64,000 nucleotides of DNA, from the NCBI RefSeq assembly GCF_020745735.1, contig NC_083406.1, positions 109,221,164 through 109,285,163 of the forward strand, written 5' to 3'. A program made the position numbers and the translations under genes. Of the stretch, positions 25,848 to 38,566 are shown in pieces. Positions within the stretch are counted from its first letter, which is position 1, and each line of letters starts with the position of its first letter. This stretch comes from Hemiscyllium ocellatum (taxonomy: Eukaryota). The notes below the pieces were generated by a model, which did not search any database, was not told where the DNA came from, and saw only the letters and a program-made list of their open reading frames with translations.

Positions 25848-26155
25848 GGGCGGCACGGTGGCACAGTAGTTAGCACTGCTGCCTCACAGCGCCAGAGACC
25901 CAGGTTCAATTCTCAGGCAACTGTCTGTGTGGAGTTTGCACATTCTTCCCGTGTCTACGTGGGTTTCCTCCGGCTGCTCCGGTTTCCTCCCACAGTGCAG
26001 GTTGGTGCAGGTTGGGTGAATTGGCCATGCTAAATTGCCCGTAGTGTTAGGTGCAAAGGTAAATGTAGGGGAATGGGTCTGGGTTGGAGCGCTTCGGTGG
26101 GTCGGTGTGGACTTGTTGGGCCGAAGGGCCTGTTTCCACACTGTAAGTAATCTAA
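25848..26155 (+). mobile_element. HE1-type V-SINE (young)
   Basis: Closely similar to the 15898 copy. Confidence 0.92.
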
Positions 26156-27071
26156 GTAAATTTATTAAACTTTAGCCAAATGATGTAGTAAATCAGAAAC
26201 CACCTTAAAGAGTAAGTCACTCTTCAAATTTGCCCAAGGTAATTAATTAATCACTTCCCTCCACCACGTCTGTACCTTTAATAATATAATTAACATACAA
26301 TTAACTGGGTGGGAAAAAAGTACATAATTTCTTTGTCGAGTGGAGTGAGAAGACAGGGTCTAGATTAGCTTTTTATTTGAAAGACAACATCTTTGATAGA
26401 GCAGCATCTGCCTCAGTTCTTCACTACTGAAGTGCAAGGACTGTGGAAGGATCACCGGACATGAACGTTAGCTATTGATTTCTCATCACTGATGCTGCAA
26501 TTCTTGTTTTTGTGACTGTGTCTTTTTACTTGTGCTTTTAAATGTTGTACACTGGATTAAGGAAGTGGTGTTATTAAGCCAATGTTTTGAAAGGATGGCT
26601 GCATGATTTGAAAGTAAGTCATTTGACACGCATGGCAAACATCATGACTAACTGTAAACAAGTAACTGAATGGTTGTGGATGAATATGAACAGAGGAGTT
26701 GTGTACCGATGTAATTGGGTGGCAAGAGAGGTTGATTGATGACAGAAGCCTTTGCCTGTCAACAGCTGTGAGTTAACTGAACAGCTTGGAGCTGGGAAGA
26801 AGTTAAAAGGAATAGCTTTAATTTCTACCGGTTCCAAACTGGTTCTCTGTTCTCTGCAGTCACTTTAAACTTGGACAAAACCAGTTATTCTTTCCTTTAA
26901 CAAATTGCTATAAGCTGTGATTGATAAATGGTAAATCAGAAATTTTACAAATAAGCCAGTCACCTGTGTTTCTTGTAAATCAATAGAAGCATTTGGAAAA
27001 GTAAAATGAGGAATAAACTTTCAGATCTGTAAGAATAAACTCAGCAGAACTTATTGGCAATAACTATTGAA

Positions 27072-27151
27072 CTGTCTTTCCAGTATTTCACCACTGTCTA
27101 TGTTTTTTTTCCTGTCTTTCCAGTATTTCACCACTGTCTATGTTTTTTTTC
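27072..27151. repeat. 40-bp tandem duplication
   Basis: ctgtctttccagtatttcaccactgtctatg(t)nc twice. Confidence 0.9.
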
Positions 27152-27703
27152 TGTCTGTATGTGTATATACGTGATAGGAAAAAAGGTGATTAGTTTTAAT
27201 TAGTAGTGTTATATGCCGATGATGTATAAGTGTTTATTTGTGGCTAGTGTCTAATTACTTGTTCAGCGCAATATCATGGCCCATGCATTCTATCAACCTA
27301 GGTCTGAAAATCAGATAAATCGGGGAATATTGTGCGCTTATTTTAAAAATTGGGCTTTATTTCCATTATACTATTCCAGTGGTGACCAAGGTTTTAGTCT
27401 GCATTTTGTGTTCAAGTCCCTGCAATAAAGATTGAGCCCACACCTTCAGACCAAAATGTGGAAAGTCTACAATTGAACTTAGAGTAAATTCAGAAACAAA
27501 TAGTATATTGCTAACATCTTTAAAAGTTTTTTTTATTACTAGCACTGGGTTACTGAATCATTTGCAATATGGATTAAAAGATTCAGTGAAGGATTAAAAT
27601 TATATATATTAAAATTCAGTGGTTAAGTTTGCTTTTTGTGTGTCTTACAGGTTAACTTGACATAACACTGATGTAGCATGTGATTTGTGTCTCTTTTGTC
27701 TAG

Positions 27704-27822
27704 TGGATGTTAACATTAAGAAACCTCTTCAACCTATTCAACTGAGCAGTGAGCAAGTGGCTGTAGAGATCTGGTCTCTCTGTTTTCAGCTTGATCTCCT
27801 CATCCGAGCTGAGGTGCATCAT
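27704..27822 (+). CDS. Uncharacterised gene exon 2 (VDVNIKKPLQPIQLSSEQ...QLDLLIRAEVHH)
   Basis: ctcttttgtctAG acceptor, GTATGT donor, 119 nt, phase 1-0. Confidence 0.85.
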
Positions 27823-28522
27823 GTATGTAATCTGTCTGTTAAATGTGCTATATGTGAGGATGAATGACTGTCCATAATTATATTAGCTATAAAACAGATT
27901 TGTTTTATTCTTTTAATTGAATTTGGTTCTTTTAATTGTGTCTTGATTCAACATTTTAAGAAAGAATCAGGTTTTATTTTGCTACAATGTGACGGTTGGG
28001 ATTCTGTAAGAGGTGACTTTGGGATTCTGTAGGTGGTTTTTTTTAGAATATTGAACAAAGCAATAGAAACCAGTTCCAATTCAATCTGTGTGCCTTTTAT
28101 TATTTGTTGATATAGGCAAGAAATTATATAATAATTTACTGAAGGGTCAGTAGCTGATGAAAATGTTTCCTGTAAGGTAGATCTGAATGTAATATCCGTA
28201 TACAGGGTATTTTTAGTGAAATTCAGAGGTAGACGAGTCAAAATTACTTTTATTTCACAAGTGGTGTGACCTGTTAGGAGGAACAATTTTATGAAATGTG
28301 ATGTGAAACGTATCCCAGTGTCCAATATAAGGGTTAATTGTTCCATGTTTGGTTCGCAGTGTACAGTGACTTTACTGTTAACTGGGACCACATTTACAGC
28401 ACATTTTTTTTATCCACGAGCGTGTTGTGCAAATATTGAGCAAGGCATGATCAGATATGGTAGTCATTCCCTTCCTGTTTAAATATCCAGCAGAAATGTA
28501 CTGACATTGAATCTCTTCAGTT

Positions 28523-28835
28523 CATAGAATCCCTACAGTGTGGAAACAGGCCCTTCGGCCCAACAAGGCTACACCAACCTTCTGAAGAATAATTCACCCA
28601 GATGCATTCCTCGAGCCTATTTTCCTATATTTACCCCTGACTAATTCATCTAACCTGTACATCCCTGAACATTATGGGCAATTTAGCATGTCCATGGATT
28701 GTGGGAGGAAACTGGAGCACCCGGAGGAAACCCAAACAGGCACAGGGAGAATGTGCAAACTCCAGTTGCCTGAGACTGGAATCGAACCAGTTCCCTGGCT
28801 GTGAGGCAGCAGTGCCAACCACTGAGCACTGTGCT
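28523..28835 (-). mobile_element. HE1-type V-SINE
   Basis: Reverse complement of the HE1 pattern; similar - strand copies at about 38846-39196, 41237-41537, 50318-50688. Confidence 0.88.
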
Positions 28836-29011
28836 ATTGTATGTGTCTTTGAATGGAACTTCTCTCTCACCTTTAAACCTTATTATCCTCATCCCACCTT
28901 TTTAACTTGTAGTTCGCTGGTACTGTACAGAGTTATTGGCTAATACATTTTTCCAGTTTGTATTAAGAGGGAATTGTTTTATTCTTTCGACAAATAGAAA
29001 TTTTATTTTAG

Positions 29012-29072
29012 TTACAGGAGCAGCTAAGAGAAGATAAAAGTCCTGTAGAATCAGAGTCTTTTCACACAAGAG
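29012..29072 (+). CDS. Uncharacterised gene exon 3 (LQEQLREDKSPVESESFHTR)
   Basis: ttttattttAG acceptor (second in-frame cAG 6 nt later), GTAGGT donor, 61 nt, phase 0-1. Confidence 0.82.
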
Positions 29073-29296
29073 GTAGGTACATTAATTGTTTACATTGATC
29101 TTTAAGAAATGAAAAGTACTGTGGTGAATGTTTATTTCTGTTATCACTGTTTCCCAAATTGAGATGTCTTTAATCTATCCCAGTGGAAGTTTTCTGGAGT
29201 AGATGTTCGAGAAGATAGTCAACCTCAGGCTGCTACAAGTAGAGAAAACTGGGAAGAAAGATTAGATAATATTTTGTAGTCAGTGAGAGGTTAAGG

Positions 29297-30726
29297 TAGA
29301 ACATAGAACAATACAGTGCAAAACAGGACCTTCGGCCATCGATGTTGCGCCGACCTATGAACTATTCTCAGCTCATCCCCCTACACTATTCCATCAACAT
29401 CCATTTGCTTATCCAAGGATTGTTTAAATCTCCCTAATGTGGCTGTGTTAACTGCGTTGGCAGGTAGGGCATTCCACACCCTTACCACTCTCTGAGTAAA
29501 GAAACTGCCTCTGACATCTGTCTTAAATCTATCACCCCTCAATTTGTAGTAATGCCCCCTCGTACAAGTTGACATCATCATCCTAGGAAAAAAGCTTTCA
29601 CTGCCTACCCTACCTAATCCTATGATCATCTTGTATGCCTCTATCAAATGCCCTCTTAGTCTTCTTCTTTTCAATGAGAACAGACCCAAGTCTCTCGGCC
29701 TTTCCTTATAAGAGCTTCCCTCTAGACCAGGTGGTAAATCTCCTCTGCACCTTTTCCAATGCTTCCACATCCTTTCCAAACCAAGTGTGGCCGCACTAGC
29801 GTTTTGTATTGTTGCAGCATGACATTGCCTCTCCGGAACTCAGTCCCTCTACCAGTGAAACCTAACATACAGTATTCTGGATCAGTGGTGCTGGAAGAGT
29901 ACAGCAGTTCAGGCAGCATCCAACGAGCTCGTTGGATGCTGCCTGAACTGCTGTGCTCTTCTAGCACCACTGATCCAGAATCTGGTTTCTAGCATCTGCA
30001 GTCATTATTTTTACCTCTAACATACCGTATGCCTTCTTAACAGCACTATCAACCTGGGTGGCAACTTTCAGGTATCTATGCACATGGACTCCAAGATCCC
30101 TCTGCACATGGACTCCAAGATCCATCTGCACATCTACACTACCAGAATCCTACCATTGACCCAGTACTCTGCCTTCCTGTTATTCTTCCCAAAGTGAATC
30201 ACCTCACATTCAGCTGCATTGAATTCCATTTGCCACTTCTCAGCCTATTTCTGCTGTTTATCCAAGTCCCCCTGCAACCAGTAACATTCTTCCAAACTGC
30301 CCACTACTCCACCGACTCTAGTGTCATCTGCAAATTTACTAATCCATCCACCTGTGCCTGCGTCTAAGTCATTTATAAAAATGACAAACAGCGGTAGTCC
30401 CAAAACAAATCCTTGTGGCACACCACTAGTAACTGGACTCCAGGCTGAATATTTTCCATCAACCACCACTGGTTGCCTTCTTTCAGAAAACCAGTTTCTA
30501 ATCCAAACTGCTAAATCACCCTCAGTCCCATGCCTCTGCATTTCCTCCAACAGCCTACCATGTGGAACCTTATCAAAGGCTTTACTGAAGTCCATGTACA
30601 CCACGTCAACTGTCCTATCCTCATCCAAATGCTTGGTTGCCTTCTCAAAAAACTCAATGAGATTTGTGAGACACGACCTGCCCTTGACAAAACCATGTTG
30701 CCTATCTGAAATTAAATTGTTGCTTG
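29297..30726 (-). mobile_element. CR1 LINE 3' fragment
   Basis: DVVYMDFSKAFDKVPH, SGVPQG, KFADDT; (tagaaca)n tail at 29297. Confidence 0.93.
29876..30016. mobile_element. Near-perfect PLE-terminus hairpin lacking the hammerhead, nested in CR1
   Basis: Palindrome centred on caacgagctcgttg; TSD CTAACATAC(A/C)GTAT at 29862-29875 / 30017-30030. Confidence 0.85.
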
Positions 30727-31857
30727 GTAGACAGAGGAGCTGTGAAAATAAAGAGGGAAAATAAAAGGAAAAGGTTTAATGATGTTGCTGCTCTTTTCTG
30801 TGTCCCACATTACATTTTTTATTCCTGTCGGTTGCCTGGTCTCCTGGGTTCCATACGCAGCTGGCTTAATGTGGTAAAGAAGAAACATTCACCCTATAAT
30901 CTTGTGATTTACTGATTAATGTTACTTCGTTAGGTATAGATAGAGTTTGTTTTTTTTTGATGCTTCGTAAATTGAGAGGATTTTAAATTCTGCAATTTAG
31001 GCAAAGATTTTAGAGTTGTGCTAATAACCCTTCATAGAAGTCTCAAAAGATAAATTCTTACATAAAATCACACTACATTGCAGTGAGATTTTGTTGAGCT
31101 TGCTTTACTCAAGGTTGACTGCATATTGCAGTGCTGAATTACAAGTGTAGCAACAACTGTGCAGGATGACTGTGTATAAACCTATATCTTTCATTTTAGA
31201 TTGTTAACTCAATTAAAAGGGAGAGTAAGGAAGTAGTATACAATGGGCTTTTTACATGTATACTCTACATTTGTATCCAGCCCATTTTTTTTGTCCCATT
31301 ATCATAAGTCTAAAGGGGGCAAAGTTGGGCAGGTATAGGAGCTGAACATCTTGCTCAGTTCAGAAGTGAAGTTTACTTTGTGAATGGCACTATGAACAAG
31401 CGATGGTGCACATTTTTCGCTATATTTTGTTTTGGATATAGGTGACATAAATTCATTCATGTTCCAGAAAAAATAAAGGAAAGTAAACAGTAATTTGTGT
31501 TTAACCTGCAGTGCATTATACATTTTCTAGTTTCAACTCTGTCGTGTTGGTAAATGAGCTGGGTTGTATTTTGGGTGCACATTACAGAACAACCTGTAAA
31601 AGGAAACAAAATAAAAAGAACTTTGAAATTAAAGGAAGACCGCTCAGTTAACTAACCTCACCTGGGGGTAGGGATGATCAGTGCATTTCCATTGATCTCA
31701 GCATCATTGATAGTGGGAGAAATAGGTTGGAAAGATTGCTACTCCTGATCCTTGTCAAGTGAATCTCCTATGGACCAACATGAATGTTGACATCAGGAGA
31801 GGCTTATCCTGCATCCTGACAGCCTGCTGCATCAAGATAGAGAGTAAATTGAGTGGA

Positions 31858-32225
31858 GACAATGGTGTAATGGTAATACCACTGGACTAGTAATCTAGAG
31901 GATCTATTAATTCTTTGCGGACAGTGTTTCCAATTCCTCCATGGATGTTTTTTTTGGAATTTCAGTGAATAAAAATCTGGAAGTGAGTGGTATCATTAAG
32001 TTTTGTAGAAACCCAACTGGTTCACTAAACTCCTTTTTAGAAGAGAAGATTTGCCACCCTAAACTGGTCTGACCTGCCATGTGTGACGCCAGATCTGCAG
32101 CAACGTAGCTGACTCTTCACTGTACTCTGAAATGGCCAGCAAGCCACTCATTTCAGGGGCAGTTCGGGATGGGTAACAAATGCTACCCTTGCCAGTGACG
32201 CCCATATTCTATGAGGAATAATGAA
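31858..32225 (+). mobile_element. tRNA-headed SINE = LINE 5' head/body + LINE 3' tail (other copies about 3670-3850 -, 18420-18625 +)
   Basis: A-box-like TGGTGTAATGG; body matches reverse complement of 6505-6720; tail matches reverse complement of 13680-13740. Confidence 0.8.
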
Positions 32226-34273
32226 AAGAATAATGAAAAGATGCTTGCTGCTAGGGAGCCATATGTGAGGCTTCAGATGAAGAATGGATTTTGTTAGGTT
32301 TGTAAGTTAAAGTACAGGTGGAAATTATATAGTGAGTGGCAGAATCCTTATGAGTATTCAAATACAGAGGGTCCAGGGTATGCAAATCCACAGATCACTG
32401 AAGGTGGCAGCGCAGGTAGATAAGATAGTAAGAAAAGGAAGGAGACAAGCGGGAGGCTGGAAGAACACAGCAAGCCAGGCACTTGGGATGGACTTGGTTT
32501 GTTTGCAGTGGAACGCAGAAGGTTTAGGGGTGACCTGATAAATATAAAGATTGTAAATGGCATGGATAGAGTGGAAAGTATGAGACTTTTTCCCAGGATG
32601 GTGGAATCAATTACTTGGGAACACAGGTTAAGACGTTTGTGAATGGACAGGGTTTTTCCACACAAAGGGTGGTAAACGCCTGGAATGTGCTGCCAGAGGA
32701 AGTCGTGGAAGCAGACATAATAGCAGCATTCAAGAAGCACTTGGACAAATACATGAAAAGGAAGGGAATAGAGGGATACAGCTCCTGTAAGTGAAGACAG
32801 TTTTAGTATGGAAGGGCGAAATGTGTCTGTGCATGCTTATTCCTGGGCTTTGTCCTTTGTTTTTTGTAAAGGGGTATGGGTGATTGGTTAGCTCACCTGG
32901 CTTGTTGGTTGGTTTGTGATGCACAGTGATACCAATAGCATGGGTTCTATTCCCACTAGCTCAGGTTTTTATTAAGGACACTTGTTTTCAACCTCTCCCC
33001 TCATCTGAGGTGTGGTGACCCTCAAGTTAAACCACCACATTAGTCTCTGTCTATGAGAGAACAGCACTTGCTCCTCTGGGAGTATGGCACCTTCACATTT
33101 ACTGTAATTTAAAGTACACCATTTTATGAAAGGTTTTATTAATTTGATTATCATTTGATGACAAAATAACAGCAGTCTGTCAAACAATCCTTTGGTTAAC
33201 AATCCCATGTTCCTGAATAATAGAAAATAAAAATACTTGACAATGCAAAAAAAACCTTGACGTGGCTGTGTACAAAGCATTTTATTTAGTTTAGGAATAT
33301 ATTTGATTTGAAATAAGTAGAGCTCCTGTCTCAAAGATCCAGTATGTAATAATGTTCTGCAATGACCTTATATTTAAACGTTTGATTTAAAAAAAAACTT
33401 GCTATAGTTGTAAAACAAATTTATGAAAGTTGATATTCCAGTTCATAGTTATGTATTGTCAGGAACCTGACTGCTGTAATGTGGGGTGGTGGGGGAAGTG
33501 TGGTTTTTTTAAAAAAAAATGTCTTGGACAGTTGTATAAGATGGGCAACAGGAAAGAGTAGTTTATTTTACACATTATCTTTTCCACTGATTTATTTAGA
33601 TGGGATGTATGATGCATTTGTTTTGCCACAACCTGTTTTGAGTGATCATTTGAGATGAATTTTACCCCTCTGAAATGTCAGTAACTAATGTGGGTCCCAA
33701 TAGTCTTTTGATGTATTAATACTTTGTTGCTGCCTTCATAACAGTTAAAATTTTTATTACTAAGAAATAGGTGTCTAAGATGAGATATTTATTGCTTGAG
33801 GATTGGTGGAGCTGGTAGCTGAAAGCAGTTTTGAAAAGAATGAAAATTATTTTCAATCATGACTCCCCATTTCAAATAGCTATTTTTAGCATTCACAACT
33901 CCTAAACTGGGTGCTATCCAGCGTCATGCATTCCAAAATCAGCTGCAAAAATATGTCGCAGTCTCATTTGCGGGCAGGTACCTCATTGCACCAGTGCAAA
34001 GTTTTCCAGCCCATCCTGTGGTCTCCCCACAAGGCTGTTTATCTGGGACACTTTCCTACTGTGGCTGCATATCCCTTGAGAAATAGATTGCTTACATTCA
34101 AATCGTTCTCTTGTAAAATCCTTCGTGACCAGTTGGAAGGTGAACTTCAGTCCTGCCCCAAAAGGGAAAATGTTTAATTTTGAAGAGTTGGGTTCCTGCT
34201 CCTCGCTGTTTAAAAATAATGATATATTGGAATGCTGTGTTGCTTTTCAACTTGTTCTTTCATTCTCATTCAG

Positions 34274-34341
34274 GTGTACGTTATGTTGAAAGAATTAAAC
34301 AATATTTGGAGCATCTGCCGGACCCTGTTCCACAGCTGGAG
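34274..34341 (+). CDS. Uncharacterised gene exon 4 (GVRYVERIKQYLEHLPDPVPQLE)
   Basis: tctcattcAG / GTAATG, 68 nt, phase 1-0. Confidence 0.88.
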
Positions 34342-34666
34342 GTAATGTGCTTTACCTTTATAAAAAGTTTTGTTTAATTGTAGAATGGTATGCAATATTG
34401 TTCCTGTCTAGACATCTGTTTGGCTGAATGTAATACATTTACATTAAAGCACTTCAAGCTGTGGGTCTGGTGCACTGGTGATGCTAATGGGAAGGTCTGT
34501 GCAGTATTTCAGAGATATTTTTCTGAAGATGCTATTTGTATATTTAAAAAATGCTGTTTTGGGGAAGAATTTAATAGATGAATTCTATATCATAGTCTCT
34601 AAAGGGAAGCTATTGCTGTATTATTGCTATGACCTTTCATAATACAGTATTAACTCTGTTTTACAG

Positions 34667-34769
34667 GACTATCTGGATTCTCAAGGATTGTCAACATTGT
34701 TTCCCCGTGTTGAAATATTTGTAATACACGGTAGACCTGTTGACATGCTGGAACAGCCTCCTTTGGATG
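34667..34769 (+). CDS. Uncharacterised gene exon 5 (DYLDSQGLSTLFPRVEIFVIHGRPVDMLEQPPLD)
   Basis: gttttacAG / GTGAGA, 103 nt, phase 0-1. Confidence 0.9.
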
Positions 34770-36560
34770 GTGAGAATGCTTTCCTCCATCCTGATACATT
34801 TCTGTATGTTCAGCAGATAAGTTATATCTGTACCAATGTACTCCTCTTAACAATTTTGGTTCTGTTTCTTTTCCTTAATTCCACAGAAGAACTGTATTGT
34901 TACAATAACTGGATTAAAATCAATTATATAGTGAATAAAGGATGCACGGACTGCCTAGCAGTTAAAACACAACACTGAGACATCATGATTTTGGAAGATG
35001 ATTCCTAAACAAAATAAGGGATATACTTTGGTAGAAAGAAATGAAATTAATTATAAATTTAAAAAGTACAATTCTAAAATTGGTACAGTAATCCAGATGT
35101 GTGTATGTACGTGATTTGTCAAAAATTTGTGGAAAAACTCTAAACGAGTTCTTCTTGCCTGTTAGAAAGAAATAAGAGTGGTTATTTGCTCTGCTTTTTT
35201 GGTTACACTTTGAATATTTACATAACATACCAAATGTGGTATTATATTTTCTCCAGTCTTAAAAATGCTGATGTGGATATGTCCATATTTCATCACACCT
35301 AAATATTTACTCTTTCCGCTCTGAAGCTGTCAATTTCAAAATGTTATATCTGAGGCGAATGATCTGTTGAGAAACATGCTATTGTACTCGTCTTTGAAGT
35401 AAGGGTCCTGAATCATTTAGGTGTTTGGAGCTGGAAAGCACAATATAAAGCTTTTTTTTTTACATATGCTCTGCAGCAAAGTTGACTAATTTTTCTTTGG
35501 TTTTAATTTCTTAGTTTTTAAAAATTAATTACTAATTTGGTTAATTTCATTTAAGGTTATTTCATTTTATTGAATTGTAGATTTTACATTTTATTTTGAT
35601 TTTTGTTTAGTGTTGAAAGTGAACCCTGTGGTTTTCTGTAACTTTTACGTCAAAAGTGGCTTTTTGTTCAGTAAATGAAGAACTGTGAGGGTTTTACAGT
35701 CGGGTGAGTTAATAACTGTAATTTATTTTTCTAATTTTTTTTGTAGAAACCTTTGCCGTGTTTTAGTTTCATCTACTTTTTCCCTGTTTAAAATAAGTAA
35801 TTGTTTATATTAATTTTATAACGTGGAACCAGATATGAATTTGCACTCTGCTCACACAATATACTTTTAATCTTCTCAAAACTCGCTAACACTTTTAAAC
35901 TCTGTATGCTGTATTGTACCTTACAAAACAACCTAAAGAAAAGCAATAGACAGTATCTTAGATTATTGTTTAATTCATTTTAACAGCTGATTATGAAGCT
36001 TTTCATCTAAAAGCTGTACCAATGGCAATGGACACTAATAGCTTTTGCTGTTGACAACTTGCTTTAGCATAAAGGAACTGGCATTCAGACAGTTAATGGT
36101 ACTGGATTCTGCTGCATCTTCAATAGGTCTTCACTAATGCCTAGATGTATGGAGCTGGATTCTTGTTGTGAGTCCCAGAATCATGACTTTACATACCGCA
36201 AACTGTCTTGATTTAGTGTGGTGACAGGGAAATAGACAAACAAGAGTGGTAAATAGAAGTTTCTTGTCTATAGTTGAGCCTTTAAGAAAATGTAAAAGTG
36301 CATTGTACAACAGTGATAAAGACCTGGACCTGCTTCACACATTGCATCCAGGGATTAATATATAGCATGCAGGGTCTTAAAGAGCATGAAAATATGTTTA
36401 GCGTATTGCTGAATAAAGACACACAAAATTGATGTATCTTTGTGTACTATTTTATTTATGAATTTCTAAAAAACAGATTAGAGCATCCTTTTCAATTAAA
36501 TGGTGAAAGACTAATTCATATTTGTGAAAACCATACTTGCGTGTTTTCTATTTGGACATG

Positions 36561-36736
36561 AGAGCTGAAAAATGTGTTGCTGGAAAAGCGCAGCAGGTCA
36601 GGCAGCATCCAAGGAGCAGGAGAATCGACGTTACGGGCATAAGCCCTTCTTCAGAAATGAAGAAATGTCGATTCTCCTGCTCCTTGGATGCTGCCTGACC
36701 TGCTGCGCTTTTCCAGCAACACATTTTTCAGCTCCC
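36561..36736. mobile_element. PLE-terminus hairpin insertion
   Basis: 15-bp TSD TTCTATTTGGACATG at 36546-36560 / 36737-36751; arms match 25140-25198. Confidence 0.9.
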
Positions 36737-37371
36737 TTCTATTTGGACATGTTCCTTTGAGCATGCCCCAGAGGCAGGAACCTATACAGTGGAAGATTTA
36801 AAATTGAGCATGGGGATACTCAGGCCTAGTTTACGTTTGGGCACATTCCTTTCAGCAGGAGACAGCAGCCACCCAATCCAGGGAAGCTGTGAATTCTTAA
36901 CTGAAGTGTGTTTTTTGCTGTTTATTTTATACTATTTAACCCTATATTGTATGGCACGATAGACTGAATAATTTTGTGTTAGTACTTCTGCTATAAAATG
37001 TAACTTTCTGGATACTATTATCAATCACTTAACAGGAATTAATTGCTTTTTGACAAATGCAGTTAGAACAAATCCAATCAGTAATGCAAATACTGTCCTT
37101 TTTTTTACAATTGGCGATGTATTTCTAATCATCCTTCGGCTTTATTTCTTGATTAAATTCTTCAAAGTTTTAAATTTTCTTTGCTAAAAATGTTTTGTTA
37201 GATGCTGATTATTCTTTGTTTATTGGTTCAAGTTTTTTTTTTGATTTCACCTGCTCTGCTTGATCTTCTCTCCTTCTCTAATAGAGGTCTTTCCCCTGAA
37301 GAAAGCCACAGTGTCTTGCACTAGTTAAATGGCAGAAGACTAAAGTTGTTTTGTCTGTGCTTTCAATCCAG

Positions 37372-37490
37372 GCTATTTTTCCCACATTGGGAAACTAAAT
37401 CAACTCCTGGTTTTAAGTCAGCAATTGGAGGATGATTTGCAGCACCTGGGAAGCCACAAGTATATAGCACATCAGCTTTCAGTCTTGTAT
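37372..37490 (+). CDS. Uncharacterised gene exon 6 (GYFSHIGKLNQLLVLSQQLEDDLQHLGSHKYIAHQLSVLY)
   Basis: tttcaatccAG / GTGAGT, 119 nt, phase 1-0. Confidence 0.9.
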
Positions 37491-38420
37491 GTGAGTACCT
37501 TTGTGGTTAATCTAGGAGCATTTGTAAAAATTGTGAATGTGATACCTTGTCCACTCTCTGACCTATTAGCATGCAATTTTATCATACATGTTCTATTTCC
37601 TTTTCAATTCCCTTCCCATGTGAAGTAAAAATGACCAGGACTGACAAGAGTCCAGCCATATATTGGGTGTGTGTGTGCTTAATCCTTCAAAAACTTAAGG
37701 TAATGTTGTAAGGATTAAGCATAGTCCTGGGTGTTCAATATTTATCAACCAAATGTGCAGCGGAGCTGGGCTATGATTTTGTCAATCTGTGCAACTTGAG
37801 TGGTGATTTGTTTTTCTCTCATTGGATTACCTCACCTTTTTCTGCTTCCTGTTGACTACCAAGGCTCCTTGACACAACTAAGAGAAATTTATTTTTAAAA
37901 GAAACTGTGCTGTCTGTGCCTAACTGATGTTTACAACAATACATTGTTACAGTGCCACTTAGCTTTGTCCAACCAATGAGGAACGTAACTCCAAAGCTTT
38001 TTAACACTCAGGCCATGTAGCATCTTGAGCCATTCAGTATTAATCAACACTCCAACGCCACTTATCTACCTTTGTTCTATATGTCTTGATACTTTTGCAC
38101 AATAAAAATCTATCAATGCCAGTTAATTCCTGGTTTTGTGTAACCCCAGTGTAAATCTACTGGTCTCACTCAACATTAGAAAACAGCCTTCATGAATCCC
38201 ACAAATTTAGTTTGAAATTGCTACATATTTGGCAAGCTAGACCTTGGAAGCCAGCAGTGCCCGAAACCTTTTCATAACACCATAAAAGCAGGGAACTGAC
38301 ATCAATTCAAGATCTTCTGTTCTGCACAGCATCATACTGCATGGCCAATGGCACGTTCCACCACCAGGCAATTGAATGAGATCTGTTTTATGTTAAAATA
38401 TCTTTATTTTCTCCTTACAG

Positions 38421-38566
38421 AAAGTTCTGAATTATTTCAGTGGGTCTGTTAGTCTGGGCGTCTTAAAAAAGGATATTGAAGCCAATTTTAAAGCTTTAAA
38501 ATCTGGACTGGCTGTTGGCAAGGGGACTGAGCAAGAGCCTCTGCTACCGTATCATTATGTAAACTG
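38421..38566 (+). CDS. Uncharacterised gene exon 7 (KVLNYFSG...KKDIEANFKALKSGL...YHYVN)
   Basis: ctccttacAG / GTGAGT, 146 nt, phase 0-2. Confidence 0.9.

Noticed and set aside
30079-30132. 24-bp tandem duplication
   Set aside because: Ordinary slippage inside a dead CR1 copy.
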